The notes under the pieces are model-generated. The model was not told the origin of the DNA. It made no database searches and was given only the letters and a program-made list of their open reading frames with translations. This document shows positions 39,413 to 53,463 of a stretch of DNA of 64,000 nt, in pieces (position 1 is the first letter of the stretch; the number at the start of each line of letters is the position of its first letter). Location: the NCBI GenBank assembly GCA_964016885.1, contig OZ024745.1, forward strand, positions 29,264,001 through 29,328,000, read 5' to 3'. The position numbers were made by a program, and so were the translations under genes. The DNA is from Eledone cirrhosa. Its lineage: Eukaryota.

Positions 39413-39703
39413 GTATATATATATGAAAACAAATGACGAAACGAAATTAAATTTCGTTTCGTTTGTAACTCACTTTTGTATGACTGACGCTTAAACAATT
39501 AAGTTAATAAAATTACATCTACATATGCATACTGAAATACTAGTGTGTATATGAATACACACACGTATACATATGTATATGTAACAAGTCTTTCACTGGT
39601 TGCTTTACTGTGAGCACCCAGCTATTCTGTATGTAAACACACAGACAAACCGGTTTTTAGAGTCATACTGGTTTTTGAGGGAACACCTTCCCTCTATTCT
39701 CCA

Positions 39704-39903
39704 NNNNNNNNNNNNNNNNNNNNNNNNNNNNNNNNNNNNNNNNNNNNNNNNNNNNNNNNNNNNNNNNNNNNNNNNNNNNNNNNNNNNNNNNNNNNNNNNN
39801 NNNNNNNNNNNNNNNNNNNNNNNNNNNNNNNNNNNNNNNNNNNNNNNNNNNNNNNNNNNNNNNNNNNNNNNNNNNNNNNNNNNNNNNNNNNNNNNNNNNN
39901 NNN
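39704..39903. other. Assembly gap (200 N)
   Basis: Run of N. Confidence 1.
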
Positions 39904-39939
39904 GCACTCTACAGTTTGTAGGACTGGAGTATACATAAT

Positions 39940-40243
<304 letters not shown>

Positions 40244-40244
40244 G

Positions 40245-40352
<108 letters not shown>

Positions 40353-40375
40353 ATATATATGTATATATGTATGTA

Positions 40376-40675
40376 TATTTAATTTTGATAGTTTGTATAA
40401 TTTTGTACATAGATCTGTTAAATATACATGCCAATTCTAACACATATATATCCTAGAAACGATCGTTAAATAATGAACTTTTTTTGTTTAATATAAGGAA
40501 CTGTTTCATTGTTTTATTCATTATTTTTTTAATATTTTATCTTGACTCTGTATTCCGTTTATCTTTCACCGAAAGTGATTTTGTCATTGCATCTCTTCTT
40601 TCCCTGATATCCGGATTACATTGAGTTCTTCATACAGATTGGACACTACCGTAAACTCTTGGTAGATTTATCTAC

Positions 40676-40676
<1 letters not shown>
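40376..40676 (+). mobile_element. Second copy of the 16358-16750 family
   Basis: Shared ...cctagaaacgatcgttaaataatgaac... and tail ...ggtagatttatctac. Confidence 0.7.
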
Positions 40677-40756
<80 letters not shown>

Positions 40757-40762
40757 CATATG

Positions 40763-41125
<363 letters not shown>

Positions 41126-41132
41126 ATATATG

Positions 41133-41165
<33 letters not shown>

Positions 41166-41183
41166 GTATATATATATATTATA

Positions 41184-41270
<87 letters not shown>

Positions 41271-41295
41271 GTATATATATTATATAATATATATG

Positions 41296-41377
<82 letters not shown>

Positions 41378-41384
41378 TATATAG

Positions 41385-41419
<35 letters not shown>

Positions 41420-41441
41420 GTATATGTATATATATATGTAT

Positions 41442-41548
<107 letters not shown>

Positions 41549-41556
41549 TGTATATA

Positions 41557-41846
<290 letters not shown>

Positions 41847-41847
41847 G

Positions 41848-42525
<678 letters not shown>

Positions 42526-42572
42526 TATAGTATATATATATATATATATATAATATATATACTATATGTATA

Positions 42573-42618
<46 letters not shown>

Positions 42619-42619
42619 G

Positions 42620-42697
<78 letters not shown>

Positions 42698-42700
42698 TAT

Positions 42701-44838
42701 GAGGAGAATAAATGGGAGAAAGACAGTCTCCCCCTTATCGACCGAGGAGAATAAATGGGAGAAAGACAGTCTCCCCCTTATCGACCCGATAGAGGGACCA
42801 GCAGTGTTAGTCGAGGGGAGTATAATAAGTAAGGCAATCAAGGATATGAAGACTGGTAAGGCGGCTGGGCCTTCGGAAATAGTTGCTGAGATGCTGAAGG
42901 CATCTGGCACGGTGGGACACACCATGGTCACCCGCATAGTTAACCAAGTCGTACAGAATGGGGTTGTTCCGAAGGACTGGCATAGCAGCATCATCGTTAA
43001 CTGTTATAAGGGTAAAGGAGACGCCCTAGATAGGAGTAACTATAGAGGCATTAAATTAATCGACCAGGTCATGAAGGTCACGGAAAAAGTAATAGCGCAA
43101 CTAATCAGAGAGAGAATTGATCTAGATGAAATGCAGTTCGGGTTTGTGTCAGGCAAAAGCACCACAGACGCTCTTTTCATAGTACGACAACTACAGGAGA
43201 AGTACCTAGCTAAAGGTAAACCCCTCTACTTAGCTTTTGTCGACCTGGAGAAAGCCTTCGACAGAGTCCCCCGCTCCATTATCTGGTGGGCTCTTAGAAA
43301 ACTAGGCGTTGACGAATGGCTTGTGAGGGCTATACAAGCCATGTATAAAGAAACAGTCAGCAAGGTTAGAATTAACAACGAATATAGTGAAGAGTTTTAG
43401 CGTAAAAGTTGGCGTCCATCAGGGCTCTGTTCTCAGCCCCCTACTATTTATTATTGCCCTTCAGGCTATAACAGAGGAGTTCAAGACAGGCTGCCCATGG
43501 GAACTCCTATACGCAGACGACCTGACACTCATAGCGGAATCAATGGCCGAGCTAGAGAAGAAATTCCAAACATGGAAGCACGGCCTAGAGTCAAAAGGAC
43601 TTAAAATTAACCTGGCTAAGACCAAAGTTCTAGTTTGTAGGAAAGAAAACAAGGCGGCGGTCCCTTCTGGGAAATGGTCGTGCTCGGTATGTAGGAAAGG
43701 CGTAGGTAGAAACTCCATCTTATGTCCTAAATGCAAAGTATGGGTGCATAAAAGATGTAGTGGGATCACAGGTAAGCTAACTAAGAACATAGACTTTACA
43801 TGTGGCCGGTGTTCTGGTGCAATAAGTAGCAGCAAGTGCCCACAAAATACTAGCTCTTTCAATTGCGCAGAGGGTTCTATAGAAATAGTGGACAGCTTCC
43901 GTTACCTGGGCGATAAAATCAGCAGTGGGGGAGGGTGCTCTGAAAGTACTGTAGCTAGAGTCAGAACTGGTTGGAAAAAGTTCAGAGAGCTTATACCTCT
44001 ATTAGCTGCTAAAGGGTTCTCCCTAAAAATGAAAGGCAGGTTGTACGATGCCTGCATACGAACAGCAATGTTGCATGGTAGTGAGACCTGGGCATTGTGT
44101 GCAGAGGATATACGCAGACTAGAGAGGAACGAAGCTTGCATGCTCCGCTGGATGTGTAACAGTAATATACGTGAACGGCAAAGCATAAACGAACTAAGGA
44201 AAAAATTAGAGATAAGAGGGATCAGATGTTGTTTACTCGAGAGAAGGCTGCGTTGGTATGGACACGTGATGCGCATGAAAGTCGATAGCTGTATTACAAA
44301 GTGCAGGGCAATAAAGATAGACGGTAGCCACGGAATAGGCAGACCTAGAAAAACATGGGATGAGCTGATAAACTCCGACCTCACACACTTACACCTCTCC
44401 AAGACAATGTCACTGGACCGTGACCTTTGGCGGTACTCAGTAACAGAGAAGACCCGCCTTGCCAGTAGGCATCTCTAACAAAATACACCCCTCCCGCCGC
44501 CACCCCCCACCCCATCCACACCACCCCGTTGTATGTAAAGTTATGTTGGTGCCGCGCCATCCAGGCCGAAACAAATGAGATCGTGTAGGTGTCACGACAA
44601 AAAAACACACAGTCCACGCTGTAATGTGGCCGTGTAGGCAAACACGGTAAAAACCTCCCAGACCCACACTGTAAATGTGGTTGGTGTTAGGAAGGGCATC
44701 CAACTGTAGAAAACCTGCCAGGACAGTCCTATGCGAGCAAGACAATCACTCTTGCCTCAAGTGGGACTACCCCCGTCCAAACCCATGCAAGCGTGGAACA
44801 CGGACGTTAAACGTTGATGATGATGATGATGATGATGA
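42701..44838 (+). mobile_element. RTE-clade LINE, subfamily 1, 5'-truncated (no APE domain), young
   Basis: Full RT with one frameshift, 3'UTR and (GAT)n tail; (TA)n on both sides. Confidence 0.95.
42744..44478 (+). pseudogene. RTE reverse transcriptase with embedded PHD finger; +1 frameshift in a T-run at about 43395
   Basis: KAAGPS, NYRGIKL, QFGF, FVDLEKAFDRV, GVHQGSVLSPLLF, LLYADD, GLKINLAKTK, FRYLG, LRWYGHV, GRPRKTW; C4HC3 at 43681-43812. Confidence 0.93.
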
Positions 44839-44849
44839 TATGTATATAT

Positions 44850-44946
<97 letters not shown>

Positions 44947-44947
44947 C

Positions 44948-45020
<73 letters not shown>

Positions 45021-45038
45021 GTGTATATATATATATAT

Positions 45039-45109
<71 letters not shown>

Positions 45110-45112
45110 CAC

Positions 45113-45147
<35 letters not shown>

Positions 45148-45190
45148 CACATATATATATATATGTATATATATATATTTATGTGTATAT

Positions 45191-45241
<51 letters not shown>

Positions 45242-45282
45242 CACATATATATATATATGTATATATATATATATGTGTATAT

Positions 45283-45400
<118 letters not shown>

Positions 45401-45417
45401 GTATATATATGTATATA

Positions 45418-45484
<67 letters not shown>

Positions 45485-45497
45485 GTATATATATATG

Positions 45498-45765
<268 letters not shown>

Positions 45766-45768
45766 GTG

Positions 45769-45836
<68 letters not shown>

Positions 45837-45930
45837 CATATATATATATGTGTATATATATATATATGTATATATAATATATATATATATATGTATGTAT
45901 ATATATTTATGTATATATATTTATATGTAT

Positions 45931-46539
45931 GTCAGGTCACCAGTTGGTGCTACTGGTAACATGTATCCCAGTACAACCTGTCTCATGGTCGGGTCGTTGG
46001 CGACTAAACTGGCAACCCCACCAAGGTTTCTTGGTGAGGAGGGTGACTTTGGACATCCTGCAGGACTAAAAACAAAACCTGTCAAAGGGCAAAGGAGCTC
46101 TTAAGAGTCAATGGCCATCCAAAATCACCGGGAGAGATGACCCTTTAGCCTTTGTCAAGGCAGAATTCTAGGAGAAGGAAAACTCTGATATAACACCCTG
46201 CAACCCTGATGGTATCCAATGATGTTGACTTGTTCTTCTTTTTGGTAAATATCATCTTGGTTAAGAGAGTGGGACTGGCTTTGTGCAGTGCCTTTGCTCA
46301 CTATAAAAGCTTCACGGCACAGGCATTGCTTTATATCTGGAGATCTCTCTGCACTTGTCCTCACATGGTACCATGGGCCCAGCACTATGTGTCAATAATT
46401 GTCACAAGTGTAGTGTTTGTACCAGAGTTTTCAAGTCGCTGGCTGGACTAAAAAGTCACACTCGTTCAGCGCTTCGGTAGGGGTTCTCCTACATGGATAT
46501 AAAGTAGTGGCCGTACTCGAAAACGAGTTGGCAGCCACC

Positions 46540-46540
<1 letters not shown>
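45931..46540 (+). mobile_element. Longer copy of the bipartite RTE-type non-autonomous element
   Basis: 46403-46480 translates [25 protein letters not shown]; about 55 bp of extra 5' sequence relative to 37145. Confidence 0.65.
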
Positions 46541-46587
<47 letters not shown>

Positions 46588-46595
46588 TATATGTG

Positions 46596-46642
<47 letters not shown>

Positions 46643-46659
46643 ATATATTTATATATATA

Positions 46660-46695
<36 letters not shown>

Positions 46696-46752
46696 GTATA
46701 TATATTTATATATATATATATATATATGTATGTATATATATTTATATATATA

Positions 46753-46788
<36 letters not shown>

Positions 46789-46960
46789 GTATATATATTT
46801 ATATATATATATATATATATAATATGTATATATATTTATATATATATATGTATATATATATATATGTATGTAGTATATATTTATATATATATTATTTATA
46901 TATATATATATATATAATATGTATATATATTATATATATTATATATATATATTTATATAT

Positions 46961-47860
46961 TAGTTTTGCGAGGTTTTTTATATGAAATCGTGTGTCGAAA
47001 CAAATATTGTTATACTTGGGGAGGGTCATATTTGTGTAATATTGCCAGAATTAATAACAGAACACACTCACTGTTTGGTTGGTTTTCGCTTCTCGCTTCT
47101 GTGTCTTTTATATCGGCAATCTAACTTACTCGGTCCTCAATGTTGCCATTGACTGTACAGAGGGTACTTGCAGAAACAGGACAACAACATACATAGGTGA
47201 GACAGCTCGTAGCATAGGTGAAAGGATAGACCAACACCGGGGGGAACTAAAAGGACGAAAAAACGGGTCAGTACTATACGAACATGCTAGACAACAACAT
47301 GACGGTAACATAGACAACATAGAAATTAGAATAATATCTAAACATAGAAATGACCCAGCAGATAGGCAAATCAGAAAGGGCCAGTGAAATAGAAATTAGA
47401 AGACCAAGACTAAACAGAAAGAATGAATGGAATAACAACAACACCCAAACGAACAACACTGACCCATCACACAGCAAACAAAACACTATACACGCACGCA
47501 AACGCATGCGCAAAGAAGACAAAATAAAATAAACAAACAAGCAAATAAATAAATAAATATATAGACAGACTGAATAAAAATGGCGTAGACATACAATACA
47601 ACAGGAGGAAAAGATAGCACCACTGACGATGTTGCAGATGTGCAATGAAAGATTTATGATAAACTATATATATGTGTTTGTGTCTATATTGTATCTGTAT
47701 TATTTTTGACCGTTGGTCAGTCAATGGCAACATTGAGGACCGAGTAAGTTAGATTACCGATATAGAAGACAGAAGCGAAAAGCGAAAACCAACAAAACAG
47801 TGAGTGCAACTGGTGCGTGTGTTTCTTATTAGCAACATGACCTTCCCAAAGTATAACAAT
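46961..47860 (+). mobile_element. Truncated PLE (GIY-YIG fragment about 47150-47430, hammerhead, inverted 3' arm 46961-47155)
   Basis: DCTEGTCRNRTTTYIGETARSIGERIDQH...SVLYEHARQQH...RQI..../RPRLNRKNEWN; inverted repeat with 47718-47860. Confidence 0.85.
47615..47666 (+). ncRNA. Minimal hammerhead ribozyme
   Basis: acca CTGACGA t gttgca gatg tgcaat GAAA gatt TA tgat. Confidence 0.6.
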
Positions 47861-47916
47861 ATATATATATATTTATATATATATTTATATATATTTATAT
47901 ATATATATTATATATA

Positions 47917-47968
<52 letters not shown>

Positions 47969-47974
47969 ATATAT

Positions 47975-48007
<33 letters not shown>

Positions 48008-48040
48008 GTATATATATTTATATATATTTATATATTTATA

Positions 48041-49148
48041 TTTCGTTTCTGAATTTGTTTAGCAAGATTCTTTATCTGAAATCGTGTGTTGAAACCGATA
48101 TTGTTATACTTTGGAGGGGTCATGTTGCCAATAAGAAATACAACCCCTAGAGGCGAACTAGCCTACAAATTTAGAAGGGCCCTAAAGAAACATAATCTCA
48201 ATATTAAGATAGTAGAAAGACCTGGTACCTTCCGTAAAAACACTTATTAGCAAGACATACCCGTTCCAAAGACCCTCATGTGTAGATAAGAAATGTATAA
48301 CCTGTAAAATAAGCCCCCATATTAACTGTAAAACTAGAAATGTGGTATATAGCATAAGATGTACTGAAGGACAATGTAGAAACAAAAATGTAGTGTACAT
48401 AGGTGAGGACAGCTCGTAGTATAGGGGAACGAATAAATGAACACTGGCGAGACCTCCAAGATAGTAAAGAATCATCTGTGCTCTACCAACATGCTAAGAT
48501 AGAACACAGGGGTAAATTAGAGAGCATAGAAATAAAAATAGAATCCACACACAAGAAAGACGCAATGTTTAGGCAAATTACAGAGGCAGTAAGCATAAAA
48601 GAATTAAAACCAAAATTAAATAGAAAATATGAGTGGAACAGCAACATCACAACTTACAATTAAGGACAAAATGAAAACACACACACACATAGAACAAACA
48701 ACTTACAATTGAAAACACACACAAAATGAAAACACACACACACATAGAACAAACAACCAACCAACAATAAATAAATAAATAAACAAACAAATAGAAAAAT
48801 ATAAATAGAAAAATAGAAAAATGAACACAAACACACACAGACACCCGGATGTGGCGCATGCGCAAACTGAGCACGCAACCCACACACAAACAAAATGGCG
48901 TAGGATAGAAGAAAGGAAAGGCACAGAAACGAAGAAAGAAATCCCCAGTCACTGAAGAGGTCACAGAGTGTGTGACGAAAGAACTATGACTATATATATA
49001 TAAACAACTATCTGGTTGTGGAACCAACCAACCAACCAGAAATTTATAAATTTGTAAATTTATAAATATTTAATAAATTAAATTGAAGTGAAAGCAACTG
49101 GTGCGTGTGTTTCTTATTGGCAACATGACCCTCCCAAAGTATAACAAT
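48041..49148 (+). mobile_element. Truncated PLE (thumb/linker plus GIY-YIG 48141-48663, hammerhead, inverted 3' arm 48041-48140)
   Basis: TPRGELA..IKIVERPG..PSCVDKKCITC....NCKTRNVVYSIRCTEGQC....VYIGE/TARSIGERINEH..SVLYQHAKIEH..RQITEAV.I....PKLNRKYEWN, with two frameshifts. Confidence 0.88.
48947..48991 (+). ncRNA. Minimal type I hammerhead ribozyme
   Basis: agtca CTGAAGA g gtcac agagtgt gtgac GAAA gaac TA tgact. Confidence 0.75.
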
Positions 49149-49262
49149 ATATATTTATATATATATATATATGTATATATATTTATATATATTTATATAT
49201 ATATATATATTTATATATATTTTTATATATATTTTTATATATATATATTTATATATATTTAT

Positions 49263-49299
<37 letters not shown>

Positions 49300-49940
49300 A
49301 TGTTTAACGTCCGTGTTCCACGCTTGCATGGGTTTGGACGGGGGTTTTCCCACTTGAGGCAAGAGTGTTTGTCTTGCTCGCATAGGACTGTCTGGCAGGT
49401 TTTCTACAGTTGGATGCCCTTCCTAACACCAACCACATTTACAGTGTGGGTCTGGGAGGTTTTTACCGTGTTGCCTACACGGCCACATTACAGCGTGGAC
49501 TGTGTGTTTTTTTGTCGTGACACCTACATGATCTCATTTGTTTCAGCCTGGATGGTGTGGCACCAACATAACTTTACATAGAAGGAAGCGTTGTGGATGA
49601 GGTGGGGGTGGTGGGACGGGGGTGTAATTTGTTAGAGATGCCTACTGACTGTAGTAGGTTTTACTATGTATTTAGGTAAGGCGGGTCTTCTCTATTACTG
49701 AGTACCGCCAAAGGTCTCGCTCCAGTGACATTGTCTTGGAGAGGTATAAGTGTGTGAGGTCGGAGTTTATCAGCTCGTCCCAGGTTTTTCTGGGTCTGCC
49801 TATTCCGTGGCTACCGTCTATCTTTATTGCCCTGCACTTTGTTATACAGCTATCGTCTTTCATGCGCATCACGTGTCCATACCAACGTAGCCTTCTCTCG
49901 AGTAAACAACATCTGATCCCTCTTATTTCTAATTTTTTCC
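49263..49940 (-). mobile_element. 5'-truncated RTE LINE (subfamily 1)
   Basis: Near-identical to 33290-33960. Confidence 0.92.
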
Positions 49941-50060
49941 TATATTTATATATATATATATTTATATGTATTTATATATATATATTTATATATATATATT
50001 TATATATTTATATATATATTTATATATATATATTTATATATATATTTATATATATATATT

Positions 50061-50119
<59 letters not shown>

Positions 50120-50176
50120 TTATATATATATATTTATATATATATATTTATATATATATATTTATATATATATATT

Positions 50177-50245
<69 letters not shown>

Positions 50246-50270
50246 ATATATTTATATATAAATATATAAA

Positions 50271-51825
50271 TCATCACCGTTTTACGTCCGTTCTTCCACG
50301 CTAGCATGGATTAGACGGGCTGTCCTGTTGTGGGCAGTGTCTGGTCGGCTGACCATGCCTTGCTCATACAGGAACTGATTTGGCTTGATTTCTACAGCTG
50401 GATGCCCTTCCTAACACCAACCTGATTTACAGTGAGTGCTGGGTGCTTTTTCGTGGCGCCTACACGCCCACTTTACAGTGTGGGCTGGGTGCTTTTTTGC
50501 CGTGGCACCTCCACGACCACCTTGCGGTGGGGGGTGTGGGGGCATATTGTCTATATGCTTCAGCTTGTACCCATGGGAGGTCGGGTACTCTGTATTACTG
50601 CGTGACGCCAGAGGTCACAGTCGTGTGTCATTGCCTTTGAGAGGTGTAATTGGGTAAGGTCGGCTTTTATCCCCTCATCCCAAGTCTTCTTGGGTCTCCC
50701 CACTCCGCGGTTTCCATTGACTTCTAGTGCTCTGCACCTTTTTATGTAGCTGTTATCCTTCATACGCATCACATGTCCATACCAGCGCAACCGCCTCTCC
50801 TGCACACAGCATTTGATTCCTCTTATGCTCAGTCTCTCTCTCAATTCATTTATGCTTTGCCGATCGCGTATATTACTATTACACATCCATCGGAGTATGC
50901 AGTCTTCGTTTCTTTCTAATCTACGTAAGTCTTCCACCTTCAGTGCCCAGGTCTCACTACCATGTAACATTGCCGTTCGGATACACGCATCATACAGTCT
51001 GCCTTTCATTTTGAGGGAGAAGCCTTTTGCAGCTAGCAGTGGCAGTAGTTCCCTGAACTTCTTCCATCCCGTTCTTACCCTAGTTATTGTACTTTCTGAA
51101 CACCCACCTCCGCTGCTAATTCGGTCAACTAGATAGCAGAAGCTGTCTACTGTTTCTACAGAGCCCTCCCAGAGATTGGTGGTACTTGTTTCCTGTGGCT
51201 GTTTGCTGCTTGCTGTCCCAGCACAGCTGCTGCATGTGAAGCCTACATTCTTAATTAAGCTTCCTGAGATCCCGCTACATCTCTTGTGTACCCATTGTTT
51301 GCATTTGGGGCAGAGAATGGAGTTCCTACCTACACCTTTCCTACATACTGAGCAAGGCCATTTCCCTGAGGGGATCTGGGTTCTGTTTTCTCGTCTACTT
51401 ACAGGACCTTAGTCTTTGTCATGTTGACTTTGAGACCCTTTCTTTCTAGTCCCTGCTTCCAAGTTTGGAATTTATTCTCTAGTTCTACCATAGATTCAGC
51501 TATAAGTGCGAGGTCATCAGCATACAGGAGTTCCCATGGGCATCCGGTCTTAAACTCCTCCGTTATTGCCTGCAGGACTATGATGAACAGGAGAGGGCTA
51601 AGAACAGAGCCCTGGTGGACACCAACCTGTACGCTAAATTCCTCGCTATACTCATTGTTAATCCTAACTTTGCTGACTGCTCCCCTATACATGGCTTGTA
51701 CCGCTTTCACAAGCCATTCATCTACTCCTAGTTTTCTAAGAGCCCACCAGATTACAGCCCGTGGAACTCTGTCAAAGGCTTTCTCAAGGTCAACAAATGC
51801 CAAGTAGAGTGGCTTACTTTTAGCT
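50271..51825 (-). mobile_element. 5'-truncated RTE LINE (subfamily 2), RT plus PHD, frameshifted
   Basis: AFVDLEKAFDRVP..GVHQGSVLSPLLF..LLYADD..; [34 protein letters not shown]; distinct 3'UTR. Confidence 0.93.
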
Positions 51826-51840
51826 AGTATATATATATAT

Positions 51841-52215
51841 TGTTGTTATTGTTGGAGTTAGCTATATTTTTAAAGCTAACTCCAACAATAACAACACTTA
51901 GAATGAGAAAAGTTCTCACAACTGACCAATGAGAGGAGAAGAGGCCCTTTGACACTGAAATTCGTTTGTTCGAATTTATATGATTCCAGTTCCTCAGTGA
52001 AATAACAACCCAACCAGGAACTGGGCATATCAGAGTATTGACAATATTATACACCTCAACAACATATGTACTTGTCTATACCACACTAATTCGGACTGCC
52101 TGAAGAGGTCACAGCCAAAGATGGCTGTCACTGAAATATATATAGCAGAAATAAACGAAGCTAAATTTTAAACATTTGACTTTTTATTTAACTTTATTTT
52201 ATTTAACTTTATTTT
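51841..52215 (+). mobile_element. Short PLE-like insert: 5' fold-back hairpin (51841-51896) and a hammerhead
   Basis: tgttgttattgttggagttagct / agctaactccaacaataacaaca; (TA)n flanks. Confidence 0.6.
52096..52148 (+). ncRNA. Minimal type I hammerhead ribozyme with palindromic (TA) stem III
   Basis: ctgc CTGAAGA ggtc acagcca aaga tggctgt cact GAAA tatata TA gcag. Confidence 0.75.
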
Positions 52216-52284
52216 ATATATATATATTTATATATATTTATATATATATATATATAAATAAATATATATATATATATATATATA

Positions 52285-52317
<33 letters not shown>

Positions 52318-52323
<6 letters not shown>

Positions 52324-52878
52324 ATACTTTGGGAGGGTCATGTTGCCAATAAGAAACACACGCACCAGTTGCTTTCACTTCAATTTATTATAATAAATTT
52401 ATAATAAATTTATAAATTTATAAACTTCTGGTTGGTTGGTTGGTTCCACAACCAGATAGTTGTTTATATATTGTCATAGTTCTTTCGTCACACACTCTGT
52501 GACCTCTTCAGTGACTGGGGATTCCTTTCTTTGTTTCTGTGCCTCTCCTTTGTTCTGTCCTATGCCATTTTGTTTCTGGCGTAGGACAGAACAAAGAAGA
52601 GGCACAGAAACAAAGAAAGGAATCCCCTGTCACTGAAGAGGTCACAGAGTGTGTGACGAAAGAACTATGACAATATATAAACAACTATCTGGTTGTGGAA
52701 CCAACCAACCAACCAGAAATTTATAAATTTATTATAAATTTATTATAATAAATTGAAGTGAAAGCAACTGGTGCGCGTGTTTCTTATTGGCAACATGACC
52801 CTCCCAAAGTATAACAATATCGGTTTCAACACACGATTTCAGATAAAGAATCTTGCTAAACAAATTCAGAAACGAAAT
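52318..52878. mobile_element. Head-to-head PLE pseudo-LTR pair with no coding part; hammerheads at 52472-52516 (-) and 52628-52672 (+)
   Basis: About 245-bp inverted arms homologous to 48897-49148; the right arm carries an extra 60-bp tail. Confidence 0.85.
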
Positions 52879-52948
52879 ATATATATATATTTATTTATAT
52901 ATATATTTTATATATATATATATATATATTTATATAATATATATATAT

Positions 52949-53158
52949 ACAGTCCACGCTGTAATGTGGCCGTGTAGGCAACACAGTAAAAACCTCCCAG
53001 CCCCACACTGTAAATGTGGTTGGTGTTAGGAAGGGCATCCAGCTGTAGAAAACCCGCCAGACAGTCCTATGCGAGCAAGACAACCACTCTTGCCTCAAGT
53101 GGGAAAACCCCCGTCCAAACCCATGCAAACGTGGAACATGGACGTTAAACGTTGATGA

Positions 53159-53161
<3 letters not shown>
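52949..53161 (+). mobile_element. RTE subfamily 1 3' tail fragment
   Basis: Matches 44610-44825. Confidence 0.88.
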
Positions 53162-53241
<80 letters not shown>

Positions 53242-53353
53242 TTAATAAATATATTTTTATATATATATTTTAATAAATATTTGCTCTACGGTTCTTATAT
53301 ATTTGATATATATTTATCCTTATCGAGCCCTCTTGGATTTTAGTCTTCAAATT

Positions 53354-53384
<31 letters not shown>

Positions 53385-53463
53385 TTATATTTATATATAT
53401 ATTTATATATATATTTATATATATATTTATATATATATTTATACATTTATTTATATATATATA

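Noticed and set aside
51978-52030. SECIS-like hairpin starting ATGA
   Set aside because: There is no GA on the 3' side to form the kink-turn quartet and no upstream selenoprotein frame.
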